In this document: piece by piece, positions 42,707 to 55,752 of the stretch
Numbering within the stretch: position 1 is the stretch's first letter
Layout of the letters: every line of letters starts with the position of its first letter
Assembly: GCF_022539665.2 (NCBI RefSeq)
Contig: NC_081331.1
Coordinates: 7,006,001-7,070,000, forward strand
Reading direction: 5' to 3'
Length of the DNA: 64,000 nt
From: Daphnia carinata
Lineage: Eukaryota
Program-made: the position numbers and the translations under genes
The notes under the pieces: model-generated
Databases searched by the model: none
What the model was told of the DNA's origin: nothing
The model's input: only the letters and a program-made list of their open reading frames with translations

Positions 42707-44035
42707 TTGTGACTTCTCAATTCTACAATAACACTAAACAGAGCGTCTTCAACCTAGAAAGCAATACTTGGGCTAGCAGTAACCATTTTTAGCAATGTAA
42801 ACAAAAAAACTTGGAAGAAAAATCTATGAAGTGCGTCAATTTTCAAATATATACACTTTTGAAGTGTTGGTCAGACGGTTGATAATAATCGATTTAAGTC
42901 GATATACAAACAAGCCATTGGACAAAACAATAATCGATGCAATATACAGCTCAAATTAGCTTTCTTTTATCTTGAATTTCTTCTGATTTTCTCTTTTATA
43001 CTACGCAAGGAAAAAGTTCCAATAAATTTTATTATCATTGGTATTAGTGTGGTACAATTGTTTCTCTTATTGTCTCTATTTTAGCCATGCAGCCAATAGA
43101 ATTTACATGGTTTTAGACACTATAAGAATTTACCCAAATGGTTTACATGATTGTTTGCTTATATTTTTGAAAACCATGCACAATGCTTTAAAAAGCTCTT
43201 CTGGTATTTGTAAGCTACATCGGTCAGGATATAATTAGTTCAAACAAATTGAAATGCAACAACTGAAAACATTAAATACAGTTTGATTTGGATCTTTCTA
43301 ACTTGTAACACTACCGAAAAATTCATTCCTAGGGAGACGTTTGTGGATATTATCCGCAGTTAATTCACTCTTAGGTACGATTGTACAGAAAAGTGGTTCG
43401 CGTGCTATCATTATTTTCATCAAACATTTGGAGTTTTTGTTCATCGCTTTAAGTGCACGCTTTCGTTATTCCAAGTTTGCCTGTGTTTGACAATGGCGCC
43501 TGGGCAAATAGAAGTAGAGTAAATACGCGCGGTTTCCGCACAATAACAAAGCCCAAAATTGGGAATGGCAGTGCGCAGGATTAACCTAGAACATCATGTA
43601 GCGGAAGAAGCCACGCAAGAAAATTCGCTCTAATCGGAGATTGTCCGTAAGAAACACACGAAACTGAAAAACGTGAAAAAAGCGAAGCTATGAGCTTTTC
43701 TCTACGTTACAAATGAGGTACGCAATGGAAACTAAAATTTAGTAAAAACATGTCAAATGACTTCAGAATAGCAAATCTTGTTCTATGGGGAAATTGATTG
43801 TACTGTACCTTTATACTGTATAAAGACCAATTCATTCAGTGTTTTCGTAAAATGTGCCCTAGCTTAAAAACCACGCAAAAACTGGCAACGTTGCCCCTTG
43901 CTCATTGGAAACACAGGTTGGTGGACCGATCCACGTCATCTTCGCCGTCACTTCTTAGGGTCTCGAATCCTCCCACAAAAGTTGTGTTAAAAGGTGTCCG
44001 ATAAAGTCTTTTTGGAGCCTTTAACCTTCGCAATT

Positions 44036-46636
44036 ATGGTATTGTTAACTAAACTACGTGTTTCTTACCAGTACGGTAGTGTTTACCATAGCGTCTTTGA
44101 TGTAGTCTTGGGGGTTGGATAGCCGGCCCATTTGACATTTGGGTTACGTTCGTCTACGTGTATATTATATTATGATCCAAACATGTGTATAAATCATAGT
44201 TGTCAATTTCAGCTGAAAGTTAGATGTTTTGGGGTTTTGACATGGTTTTAAAATGTGTTTGAGAAAGTTCTGATATGGCATATAAGATTTAAAAAAATAG
44301 GAATTAGCTTGCGAAAATATCTGGTTTCTTGGTATAGTAGTGTAATACTTTTTTTCAATTACACATGGTACTGCAGCTGGCTAGTGGTTGCATTGTTTGT
44401 AAGAACCATGCTGTCATCATACCATTTCAATAATAATGTTGCCAAAAGAAATTACTGTGTCCTTTTTATATGATTTTGAAGTAATTTTTCTTACTTATTT
44501 TCAGGTTCTCATTGCAGCTGCCGTTTGCACCAAGGGTGGAAAAGGTACTACTCTTAACAACCATGTAAAAATAAAAAATGTACATCTGTGCTTATGATTT
44601 TGTTGGCAGCCTTGGTGTCAAGACAGTTTGTAGAGATGACAAAATCCCGAATAGAAGGACTCTTAGCAGCATTTCCAAAGCTCATGTCTTCAGGAAAAGC
44701 TGCTCAACAACAACACACTTTTGTTGAGACAGAATCTGTACGCTATGTATATCAGCCTTTGGACAAAGTTTACGTACTACTCATCACGACGAGGGCTTCA
44801 AACATTCTGGAGGATTTAGAGACTTTACGTCTCTTTGCTCGTGTGGTACAAAACTTATAGGTTATTCAGTTTCCGTAAGTTAATATTTGTTCCCCCCTAG
44901 GTTCCTGAATATTGCCGCACTTTCGAGGAGTCCGAAATCCGGGAAAATGCCTTCAACTTGATATTTGCCTTTGACGAAATCGTTGCTCTTGGCTATCGCG
45001 AAAACGTTAATTTGGCTCAAATCCGTACCTTCGTCGAAATGGATTCACACGAAGAGAAGGTTTATCAGGCCGTTCGACAGGTGCGGGATATTCTCGTCTA
45101 AATTACAAAAACATGCATAAACTTATTCGAAATTTTTTCGACACAGACGCAAGAACGAGATGCAAAAATGAAAATGCGAGAAAAAGCCAAAGAATTGCAG
45201 AGGCAGCGAGTTGAATCTAGCAAAAGAGGAATCAAGTCTCCCATGTCATCTTCGGGAGGCTACGGTCCATCACCGGTGGCTGCTTCAATTCCTTCCGAGC
45301 CCTCTAAGCCAACTTATCAGCCTGCTATTGTGTAATTTGAATTCTTACTAATTTACTCATTAATCTGTTAAAACAGCCATATTTTTTTTTTTTTTTTTTA
45401 GAAAACCAAATGGTCCGAGCAAAGCCCTTAAGCTTGGTGGCCGTCTAAAGGATGCCGAAATATTTGTGGACCAGTTAAAATCAGAGGGCGAGAATGTAAA
45501 CTCATTCCAAACGCCCTCTTCCGTCGTCCAAGGCGGTTCAGTAAGCTCCAGCAAACTTCCACCATCAACTATCGCCACTGAACCGTACGTACCGACCTGT
45601 TCAGTAGCACCAAAAATTTAATAACCGACTTCCTTTCTCGTCTTTAGGGTTCAGCTCCGAATAGAAGAAAAACTTAGCCTTAGCTGTGGCCGTGATGGTG
45701 GGCTACACAACATGGAAATTCATGGGTTATTGACTTTATTTATAACTGATGACGCTTACGGTCGAGTTCGCGTTCAGGTAATTTGTATACCGCGTGGTTC
45801 GTCTTTTTCAATAGGCTGATCCTGACTTTTGATAGGTTGACAACCGAGATAACCGTGGGATTCAGATTCAAACCCATCCCAACGTAGATAAGGAACTATT
45901 TCGCACTAAGCAACACATTGCATTAAAGAATGCCACAAAGCCGTTTCCATTGAATACGGATGTTGGCGTCCTTAAATGGCGTTTTCAAACGCAGGATGAA
46001 AATATGATTCCATTAACCAGTAAGGAATTGCGTTCTTTGGAGATTCACGGAGAAAACATTTACACAGCTTTAAACAATTTTAATAGTTAACTGCTGGCCC
46101 GCCGAAAACGGCCGTGGTGGCTGTGACGTCAATATCGAATTTGAACTGCAAGATGATCGCTTGGAACTAAACGACGTTGTTATTGTCATTCCATTGCCGT
46201 AAGGTTTGATTTACTTTCCAACTCATGTTGTTGACCTGTGATATGTTAAATTGAATTAATTTTGCAGTCATGGTTGCGGAGCGCCAAATGTTTCCGAGTG
46301 TGAGGGCGAGTATCAGTACGAAGCACGGAAGAATCAATTGACGTGGCAACTTCCTGTTGTTGATTCGTCTAATAAGAGTGGAGCCATGGAATTTTCATGT
46401 CAAGGACATGCAAATGATTTTTTCCCGATCAATGTCAGCTTTTATTCTAAACGCTCCTATGCTGAAATATCGGTGAGCTTACTACAATTAACTACTTTCG
46501 TGCTTTCCATTTTGATTAAGACGTCCGATTGCAATGGTCATTATAGGTTAATGATGTCGTTCTAGTAGATGACGGCACATCAGTGAAGTACGCGGCCGAT
46601 TCCAACTTTTTTACGGAGAAGTACGAGATCCTCTGA
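44036..46636 (+). CDS. ARCN1: Coatomer subunit delta (delta-COP / archain 1)
   Basis: ATG-only first coding exon (44036-38) spliced to 44505 gives [39 protein letters not shown]. Also [22 protein letters not shown] and mu-homology QTHPNVDK...GVLKWR. Ends EKYEIL* at 46636. Confidence 0.97.
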
Positions 46637-47330
46637 AGAAGATATTGCTTCGGAATTGTGTGGAAGTGGCAAAGCGTTCGTGATTTTGCCAGTTACCCCT
46701 CCCCCTCTCGTTAGCGTCAACACAAACAAACTGGTGAAATCCTTAACTTTCAATCGGGGTAATGAGAAAGAGAAAGATTTTTGGTTGCCATCTGTGGTTT
46801 GTATTAAAAGCCGGCGTGCAGATCGTTTTTGCCGTCTTTGAATCGATTAATTTCCTCAAATTCCCTTTTTCTTCACCTATCTTTCATAAAAAAAAGCAAT
46901 TTAAAGCGCTGAAATTTGTTAAGCCGCCCAGTAAATATGATCTATTGAAATCATTTTTTTACGTGCATATATCTTTGAATCAGCCGCGGCACTCATGGTC
47001 GAGCGTGTTTCTTTTCCCTATCCTTTCATCTCTTTTTCTCCGTTTGTTTATGTTTTCGATCTGGTAAGAGCTCAGATAGCTCTTATCTGGTGTTGTCGTT
47101 GAACAGTGTACACTGCTGGGGTGCATGGCATACAGTATATCAAATTACGATTGAATGATTTCAACATCTTCTTGACTCCTGGTATTTTGTTATCATTCTA
47201 GTTTTCCCTTTGGTATAAACATGAAAAGTAAAATTTTACCAGAAAAGAAAAATTCTGTATTACAAGGCTCACCCATAATTTTACTCATTATAACTACGTA
47301 ACTTTGACTAAGGATAAGAAAACTCTGTAT

Positions 47331-48893
47331 CTATTTAGACGGGCGCACGTTAGCAGCAACCAAATTGCGCTGCTCCGTTTCCTTTTTGGCTTCATCAAGG
47401 ATAATTCCTCCCCCTAATGCCACAATTTTACCGGCCAATGAGACACCCAACCATTCAGCTAGGGCCAACCTGGAATTGCTGAGGTGAGAACTTACAACAG
47501 CAGTATAGGATTGAGCTGGCGGAACATCGTCAATATCCTACATATCAACAAAAATAACACCGTATTCAGAATAAATGCCTTTACATCAAACTTACAGTAA
47601 GTTTAACATCCAAAGACTGGGTGATGCTTCGTTTTCCGTCCAAGCTCCACACACCACCTTTTAGGTAGAGAACATCGTCCAAGAATCGAGATTCCACCGC
47701 AACTGGCGCTGAACAGCCCCCCTCAAGCGTTCTAAGAAAAGCGCGTTCTGCGACACAACTATAAGAGCATTTAATTCATCGTTATTATATAACTGTTTTC
47801 TGCTTTGTATGTGCACTTCTGAATATACCATAGTAGCGTTTCAGCATGGCTGAATGGTGCTAAAAGTTGTCGAGTTGCCATATCGTCTTGGCGACATTCA
47901 ATTCCAAGTGCGCCTTGGCCGATGGCATACATACTTACGTCTGTGTTGAGGTATTCAGAGATCCGTGATTCCCAGTTCATCCGCTTCACTCCAGCAGTCG
48001 CTAATATAAGAGCCGCATATGTTCCCTCTTCATCGAGTTTGCGTAACCTGTAAAACAAATTTGCCTGATTTACGAAGAGATTCTTCGTCTCCTGCTATAT
48101 TTACCGAGTATTTAAATTGCCTCTTATGCCTTGAATTACAAGATGGGGGAAATGGCGTTTTAATTGTGCTGCCCGGCGTAATGAACTTGTTCCTAAGACA
48201 ATATTACTTTTTATAACGATATATTTGAAATTACATGTTATTTGCGAGCTTACCTACGACGCTACCAGTTGGTAACGTTGCTAACGTACATTCAAAAAAC
48301 TTAGGAGACATGATGACCGCGTCTCTAGGATCTTCTCGCCTAAAAACGTTACGATCATATCATAAGGCTTTTCAGGATTTCTCAATGTTTCGAAAATCTT
48401 ACTCTAAAATGGCACCGATCACCATCCCTAGGGGAAGCGATGTTGGCATGTCTTTAAGCGAATGCACCACTAAATCCACTTTATTATGTTCGAGGGCTAC
48501 CTCCAATTCACGAGTGAACAAACTCTTTTCTCCAATTTGCGACAAAGCTCTGTCAAGAACTTCGTCCCCAATGGTCGTCATCGTTTCTGTTGTCGATTAA
48601 AATTCCCATTGAATTATTAAATTGATTTACTGTCCCGATGGCGCGGGAAAACTCGGTAAGAGTAATAAGTTAGAGCATAGAACATAATTACCCAGATGAA
48701 AGTTTTTGTCCTCATAGCGCTGCGTGAGAAGCTCGAGCACATGTTTGCTTTGAATAAGTGCAAGCTAAAATAAATATTTAAATTTCACATCTTTCAATTC
48801 GTAAATTTAAGACCTATTTTGCGGTCGCGAAGAGAACCTAACCTGGCTTTTACGCGAACCAACTCGAATTGTAGGCTTTGTGATTTCCGACAT
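47331..48893 (-). CDS. HMBS: Porphobilinogen deaminase (hydroxymethylbilane synthase)
   Basis: [58 protein letters not shown]. Multi-exon. Confidence 0.97.
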
Positions 48894-49314
48894 CTTCTTC
48901 TTATGAGAACGCTTCTTTCTTGGAAAGAGAGTTAAGACTAGCAGATCTGATTAGAAGTTTGATTATGAATACATGATACGCTTCTTTAGATGACCGAGCA
49001 GAGATGGGCCGGCGTTGCATGAACGGAAATATCATGAAGTATTAAATTAAGCCTTATGAATGATAATAATAACAAATTTTTAACTTAGCAGACGCAAAAT
49101 AAAGTTTTTTATAATAATAAAAAAATTTAAACAACCATTTAAGCAAATATCAAAACCTGGTCAAAACCAACCAAAGAACCAAATGTTCGTTCTAAACTGC
49201 AGACGAAAATATCGTTTGTTGTCTGCTAGGAAAAACAATCTTCCTCCCACCCTACGTTATCGTCACTGATATGTCAAATTAAATCAGGAAAAAAATAAAT
49301 AGTGACCTAAAAAA
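48894..49314. promoter_or_regulatory. Bidirectional promoter region HMBS / VPS39
   Basis: Head-to-head start codons separated by 421 nt, with four GCAGA(C/T) motif copies. Confidence 0.7.
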
Positions 49315-52300
49315 ATGTATGACGCCTATGAGGCGTTACCAATTCTGGAAAAATTACCTTTACAAATAGAATCCATAGCTGCTTATGGTAATGTTACTTG
49401 ATCAGAACTTCCTAAAATTTTTCTTCTATTGCAATTGGCAGCTATTGAGGCACTAAATACAGTTTCTCTTCCTTGTTTGTTTCACCTTGATTTCACGTTA
49501 TAATTTACAAAAAATTTTTCATAGATGAGCATCTGCTAGTAGGGACCCATCAGGGGCACTTGTTGATGTACAGTGTTCTGCAAGGGGCAAGCAACGTCCA
49601 TTTGCTGAGATCCAACAAATATTTTGCAAAGAAACCAATACAGCAATTAGCTGTTGTTCCAGAACACCAAATCCTGATTAGTCTCTCTGGTAACATAAAT
49701 TTCTCCATTACTGGTTGTAGGAAGTCATCAATTAACTACCTTACTTCCTCTAAAGATTACCTTGTGACTGTTCATGATTTGACAGTCTTTAATTTTCCAG
49801 TCATAACATCACTCACAAAATCTAAGGGAGCTACCTATTTCACTCTTGATGTCAAAGTAAGCCATGAGTATCTACTAATATGCATGAAGTATGATGAAAG
49901 TAACAAAGTATTTTTTTTTTCCTTTTTTTCAGAGACAAACTTCTTTGACTGGAGAAATAGCAGTGGCTGTAAGGCTATGTGTTGTTGTAAAAAAGAAGCT
50001 TCAACTTTTTTATTGGAAAAATCGGGAGTTCCGTGAATTAGGGCCTGATCTTGCTGTTCCTGATATTCCCCGTACGATTGGATGGTGTCGAGAAACTCTT
50101 TGCTTAGGTTTCAAGGGAGAGTACTGCCTACTCAAGGTGGGAATGGAATTCGTAAATAATTGATACAACATTGAGTTACAATATGTTTATTTGTTGCGTA
50201 TAGCTGGAAGGAGAGCAGAGAGATTTGTTTCCTACCGGAAAACAATCGGAACCTTTGGTTTGCGCCTTGCAAGGGGACAAATTTGCTTTAGGACGAGATG
50301 AACAAACTATAATGATCGACATCGATGGTAATCCGTGTACAAAATATACGCTGACGTGGTCAGAGAGACCGCATCTACTAGGTAACGCGATTTTTGCTCT
50401 GGTCCTTTAGTATTTAAAACAGAAAATATATTAAATCTTTTATCATTTTTTTAAAGTCGAGGATTCCCCATACATCCTTGGTGTTTTAACTTCCTGCATT
50501 GAGATACGGGCAACAGAACCTCGGCTACTTGTCCAGCGATTGGAATTGCCAAGAGCTAGATTTATGACACCAGTGATATCGAGCAATGGGCAGATATATG
50601 TTGCTTCTCCTTCTCACGTTTGGTGCCTACATTTGGTACCTGTGCATTTACAGTTACCTCGCTTGCTGGAAGACAAACATTTTCAGCTAGCCATTCAACT
50701 TGCGGTCCGTTGAAAACAAACTAGATATTCAATTCATAACTTCAGAGCGTATTGCCTTATACACGATTTTCCTGTGAACATTCAGAACTTATCCAGCGAA
50801 CCAGAAGACATTCGCACGCAACAAGTTCAGCACATTCAGTCGTTATTCGCTTTCAATTTGTTCCAGAAACATCATTTTGACGAATCGTTGCAGCTATTTT
50901 TCAAACTTGCTACTGGTAAGTAAAAGACAGGAAGTCTCAATCAAATGCACCCTATCTTACAACTATATCTTTATAAAAACAAAAATGGCTATATTGCAGA
51001 TCCCTCTTATGTTATTGGACTCTTTCCTGATTTGTTACCAGTAGAATTCAGGAAGAAAGTGGAATATCCAGAAGCAGTACCCATTTTGCAAGGTAGAGAT
51101 CTTGATCTCGCTGTGTTGGCCTTGATAAAATATCTCACCGAGGTAATTAACATTTGATTATGTTTGTAGCTTGCAAAGAACTAATATTGTATCTACCTTT
51201 AGGTTCGAAATGACCTTATGAGTCAGAATGTTAAAACAAACACCAACATAATGGATGTTGGTTCCAGCTTAAAATTGAGACGCCAATTGTTGGAAATCGT
51301 CGATACTACATTGTTAAAGTGCTACCTTTTGACCAATGACGCTCTGGTAGCTTCTCTGTTAAGATTACGGGATAACCACTGCCATTTAGCAGAGAGTGAG
51401 AGGGCTTTGAAAAGGCATCACAAACATGCCGAGCTAATTATCCTATATCAGACTCGTGGCCTGCATCGGAAAGCGCTTGAATTGTTGAAAAAACACGCAA
51501 ATAGTTCTGAAGAAATCGGATCTCCCCTCGCTCACCATGACCGTACGGTCCAATACCTCCAGCATCTAGGTATTTCATATTTTCTTTTTCTAGAGCAAAT
51601 TTCTAATGAAAATAAAATTTTTTAGGCTCGGAACAAGTAGACCTAATTTTTGACTTCGCCTCATGGGTTATACAATCGCACCCAGACGACGGTCTAAAAA
51701 TTTTTATTGAAGATTTGCCTGAGGTTGAAGAGCTTCCACGTGCCAAAGTCTACGATTTTCTGTATAAAAATCACCGTCTTCTAGCCTTACCCTACCTTGA
51801 ACACGTTGTTTACGAATGGCAAGATTCGAACGCTCTCTTCCATAACGCCTTAGCCGTCCTCTACAAGGATAAAATCCTCCGATTAGGGAAGCAGTTATTA
51901 GAAGACAACAGTGATCCAACACTTCGAAGTGAACACCAAGATACCAAAGCAAAGTTACGATCATTTCTTGAAATTTCACGGCATTGCTCACCCGAAGCTA
52001 TTTTAGTCCAATTCCCTTATGACTGTAAGCACATATTTCTATTGTTTTGTTTCGTTTGTTTTATTTTGTTATTTTATAGGTTTATTCGAGGAGAGAGCTA
52101 TACTGTTGGGCAAAGTTGGTCGACATGAACAAGCATTATCAATCTATACGAACATCCTCAATGATTTACCTGCAGCCGTAGACTATTGTAATGTCTGCTA
52201 CCGGTCTGAATCTTCATCAAATAAAGAGGTGCCATCGTTAAAAAAAAAAAAAACTTTTTTTTTATGTAACGTAGAATTATATGTATCGGGTTTAGGTCTA

Positions 52301-52946
52301 TTTTTATTTGCTAAAGCTGCTACTTCGACCTAATGATGCTGTAAAAATTCCCGGCCTAGCATATCCTAATGAGGAACCGCAGCAGCGGCAACCTGATGTC
52401 GAAAGAGCTTTGGAAACTTTAGACCGGTATCCTTCCCGTATAGATCCAATCAAGGTAATGAATTATTTGTTACATACCTAGCTTATTTCTGAATTGATTG
52501 ATTGTCTCCTTGAACAGACGTTGCAGATCTTACCAGCAAATATACCGCTACTGAAACTGAAACGCTTTCTTCAGAGAAGTTTAGAATCTTTTGCATCCCA
52601 ACGTCGAGAGCTACAGCTCTTGCGTGGTCTGCTTTATGCAGAACACCTTCAAGTACTTCCTATCGATATTAAATGAATATCAGTCTTGCTGTTCTTGACA
52701 CTGTGTTTCCTTCCATCTTTAGGTTCATGAACAACGAATCGAGTACCAAAACCAGAAAGTCGTGATAACGGAGTCGAACATTTGCCACGTGTGTAAAAAG
52801 CGCTTTGGAAATCAGAGGTGAAATATGCTTTTTTTTCAATTTTGTTTTCAAATAACGTAATGTAATTTTTTTTTTTTTGCAGCGCTTTTGTTCGGTGTTC
52901 TAGTGGAGAAATTGTCCACTTTTCATGTCAAGAAAAACTCATTTAA
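49315..52946 (+). CDS. VPS39: Vam6/Vps39-like protein (HOPS subunit)
   Basis: MYDAYEALPILEKLPLQIESIAAY start, CNH-type region (KKKLQLFYWKNREFREL), IVDTTLLKCYL, LFEERAILLGKVGRHEQAL, C-terminal CHVCKKRFGNQSAFVR..VHFSC. Multi-exon. Confidence 0.96.
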
Positions 52947-52995
52947 TCATAATTTTAAAATTTATTTTGGCACAATATTTTTGCGCTTTGCATAG

Positions 52996-53807
52996 TTACA
53001 ATACATCTTGTTGCACTTTGTACTTGTTTAAAATTTGGTGAATGCTTCTATAAATTTTTTTCAGGCAGTCCAGTCTAGGAAGTGTATGCTAATTTGGTGA
53101 TACAAAACTCCATATAGTTTATATAATTTCATAACAAATAAGAAATCCTTACTTGGAATATGGGAAGAACTTCTGTTTTTTCACATCCTTGTCCATACTT
53201 AAGTAAAATTGCTAAATAAAACAAGACCTGGTGCTGCAATAACAGTAGGAATTAGTACAGCAAGCACCCTATTGTTTTTTCTTGTCTGTTTTTTTAATCT
53301 TCTGATTTACACAAAAAAAAAAGTTGTTTCATACCATTGTTATTGCTTCATTAATAACAACCCCTTGGATTCTTTCCCATGCAATAAATTTAGCAGATTT
53401 TCTTCCTGAGGCAAATATTGTAGTAATCTGCAAACCAACTGCTTTCATGATGAGTAAAGACTCTAAAAAAAACAAAAAAAAACAAGTTTAATAAATTGAA
53501 AACATTTTATTTTGTACAGAGGTCACGAGTTCAGTTTGCTGCAAGTACCTTTTTTCACTTTTGTGTGCAGTTTAATCAAGGCAAAAATAGCCAGTATAAA
53601 GCAAAGAATTGACAAGACGTGTGTATGATGATGGTGTAGACCAAGATGCAGAAATATAGCTGTAAAACAAACAGTACAAGATAGCCATCTCTCAAAATGA
53701 AATGGTTGGCTATCAATCACATATTCTTCAAAAATCGTTCCACTGTTATACTGAACTTTTAGCTGGCTTCCATAAATGTTCAAATATCTTGCATTATCGT
53801 CAATCAT
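52996..53807 (-). CDS. PIGH: GPI-GlcNAc transferase subunit H (PIG-H), 186 aa
   Basis: Four exons (53807-53549, 53462-53335, 53233-53153, 53088-52996) give two hydrophobic segments then ESLLIMKAVGLQITTIFASG..FI...VVINEAITM..LFYLAILL..VLPIFQHTLPRLDCLKKIYR, the PIG-H signature. Confidence 0.93.
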
Positions 53808-54277
53808 TTGAAAAACTGATCATTTGAAAAAATGCACACATAACAACTTTGTAGACCATTCACCTCGTCTTTTTCATTTGTATTGCAAGCATAGATAAAG
53901 TCGTCTTTATCTATTGCAAGTCTGTAAGGAGTTAAAACGTTGCAACTTTCTCAAATAAAATTTAACTAATTATTTTCAGTCAAAAATATCATAAAATGAA
54001 TTAAATTGAAAGCTACATTTGTACTGTAGTAAATAAGAACTTATTTTTCTAAATTATTTTATTAACCTGCAACATTGAAAATTTGCTGCTATGCAACTAT
54101 GCAAGAGTGTGCTTTTTAGCCTGCACCTTCAAGACAGACATAGAAACTAGAGGCTTACGCGACAATTTGTCGCGCTATCGACTGCCAGTGGAAGCATTTA
54201 GACTGAACCACGTGGAGAGTGCGCAAAGCATTCTAAATTTTTGGCAATCGAATTATTTTTGAAAACTATTTTAAATT

Positions 54278-55752
54278 ATGGGTTTTCCAGGTATGTTTTT
54301 CTTGTTCTGTAATCCTTAAGGAATGCTGATTTTATTTTTCAATTTTGTCTACCAAAGCCAATTTTTTTTTACCTTAAAGCTACGTCAATTTTTGGACCAT
54401 GCTTGTTCTGAAAAGTGGTTTATATATTCCTTGGCCATGTCGGTTCCTCTACATGTTGCCCTAGCCTATTTAAGATTTCAGATTCCGCTAGGCACACTAA
54501 TGCCTTCCTTTCAATCAAAGCTTGAATTGTCAAACATAATATCTTTTTTTTTTTAATTTTTCTCCAACAGCATTTAGCCCACGAGGAGGTGGTGGCAGCA
54601 GAGGTGCTGGAGGAAGAGGTGGTTCAAGAGGAGGATTTGGTGGAGATCGAGGGGGTGGCAGAGGCCGTGGAGGATTTGGGGACCGTGGAGGCTTTGGTGG
54701 TCGTGGAAGAGGAGGTGGAGGTGGCAGAGGCCGTGGAGGATTTGGTGACCGTGGTGGCCGTGGAAGAGGAGGTGGTGGTAGAGGTGGCATGGGTGGTGGC
54801 AAGAAAGTATTTGTTGAGCCCCATCGTCATCCTGGAGTGTTTATTGCCAGAGGAAAGGAAGATGCTCTAGTCACCAAAAATATGGCTATTGGTGATTCAG
54901 TTTATGGAGAAAAAAGAATAGCAGTGGAGGAAGAAGGTAGTAATAAATTTTTTTCCATGTGATGTGAGTTCTACATTTTTTGTTATTTTAGGAGTTGAGA
55001 AGATTGAGTACCGTGTCTGGAATCCTTTCCGTTCAAAGTTGGCTGCTGCCATCCTTGGTGGTGTTGACCAAATCCACATGCCACCTGGAAGTAAAGTCTT
55101 GTATTTGGGTGCTGCCTCTGGAACAACCGTATCTCATGTATCTGATGTTGTAGGACCGGTAAAAGCTTTACCAGTCTTTAGCTAATGCGTGAAATGGAGG
55201 TACTAAAGGTTTTTTGTTGTTGTTGCTGCAGGAAGGACTTGTTTATGCTGTTGAGTTTTCTCACCGTTCCGGTCGCGATTTGATCAATGTTGCCAAGAAG
55301 CGCACCAACATTATTCCAATTATTGAAGATGCTCGTCACCCTCATAAATACCGAATGCTGGTAAATCGGCATTTTCTTACTTCATACTAAACACTAAAAG
55401 GTTGATTTGGTTAGATCGGAATGGTAGACACCATTTTCGCTGATGTCGCTCAGCCTGATCAAGCGCGTATTGTGGCCCTTAATGCCCAATATTTCCTCAA
55501 AAACGGTGGTCACTTCGTCATTTCTATAAAGGTATAGTTTATTAGTTAAATTTTTCACTAAAGAAATAACCACAACATCTTATATAGGCTAACTGTATCG
55601 ATTCAACTGCCGCGCCTGAGGCAGTTTTTGCTGGCGAAGTCAAAAAGATGCAAGCTGAGAAGATGAAACCTATTGAACAGTTGACCCTTGAGCCGTATGA
55701 GCGTGATCATGCGGTGGTTGTTGGTGTATACAGACCGCCAACAAAGAAATGA
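54278..55752 (+). CDS. FBL: rRNA 2'-O-methyltransferase fibrillarin
   Basis: Exon 1 54278-54290, then an RGG/GAR domain from 54571, [54 protein letters not shown]. Confidence 0.98.

Noticed and set aside
43582..43588. TAACCTA as a telomerase RNA template for TTAGG repeats
   Set aside because: Only 7 nt, expected by chance. The G-U pairing and splice signals point to the opposite strand, and no pseudoknot or CR4/5 element is recognisable.
44039..44504. Hairpin CATGGT..TGCAGC/GTTGCA..ACCATG in the long first intron of delta-COP as a snoRNA
   Set aside because: No correctly placed C/D or H/ACA boxes, and first introns are commonly long.
54530..54870. Proline-rich, Thr/Ser-rich and Val/Glu-rich ORFs
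   Set aside because: Antisense and alternative-frame shadows of the fibrillarin RGG exon.
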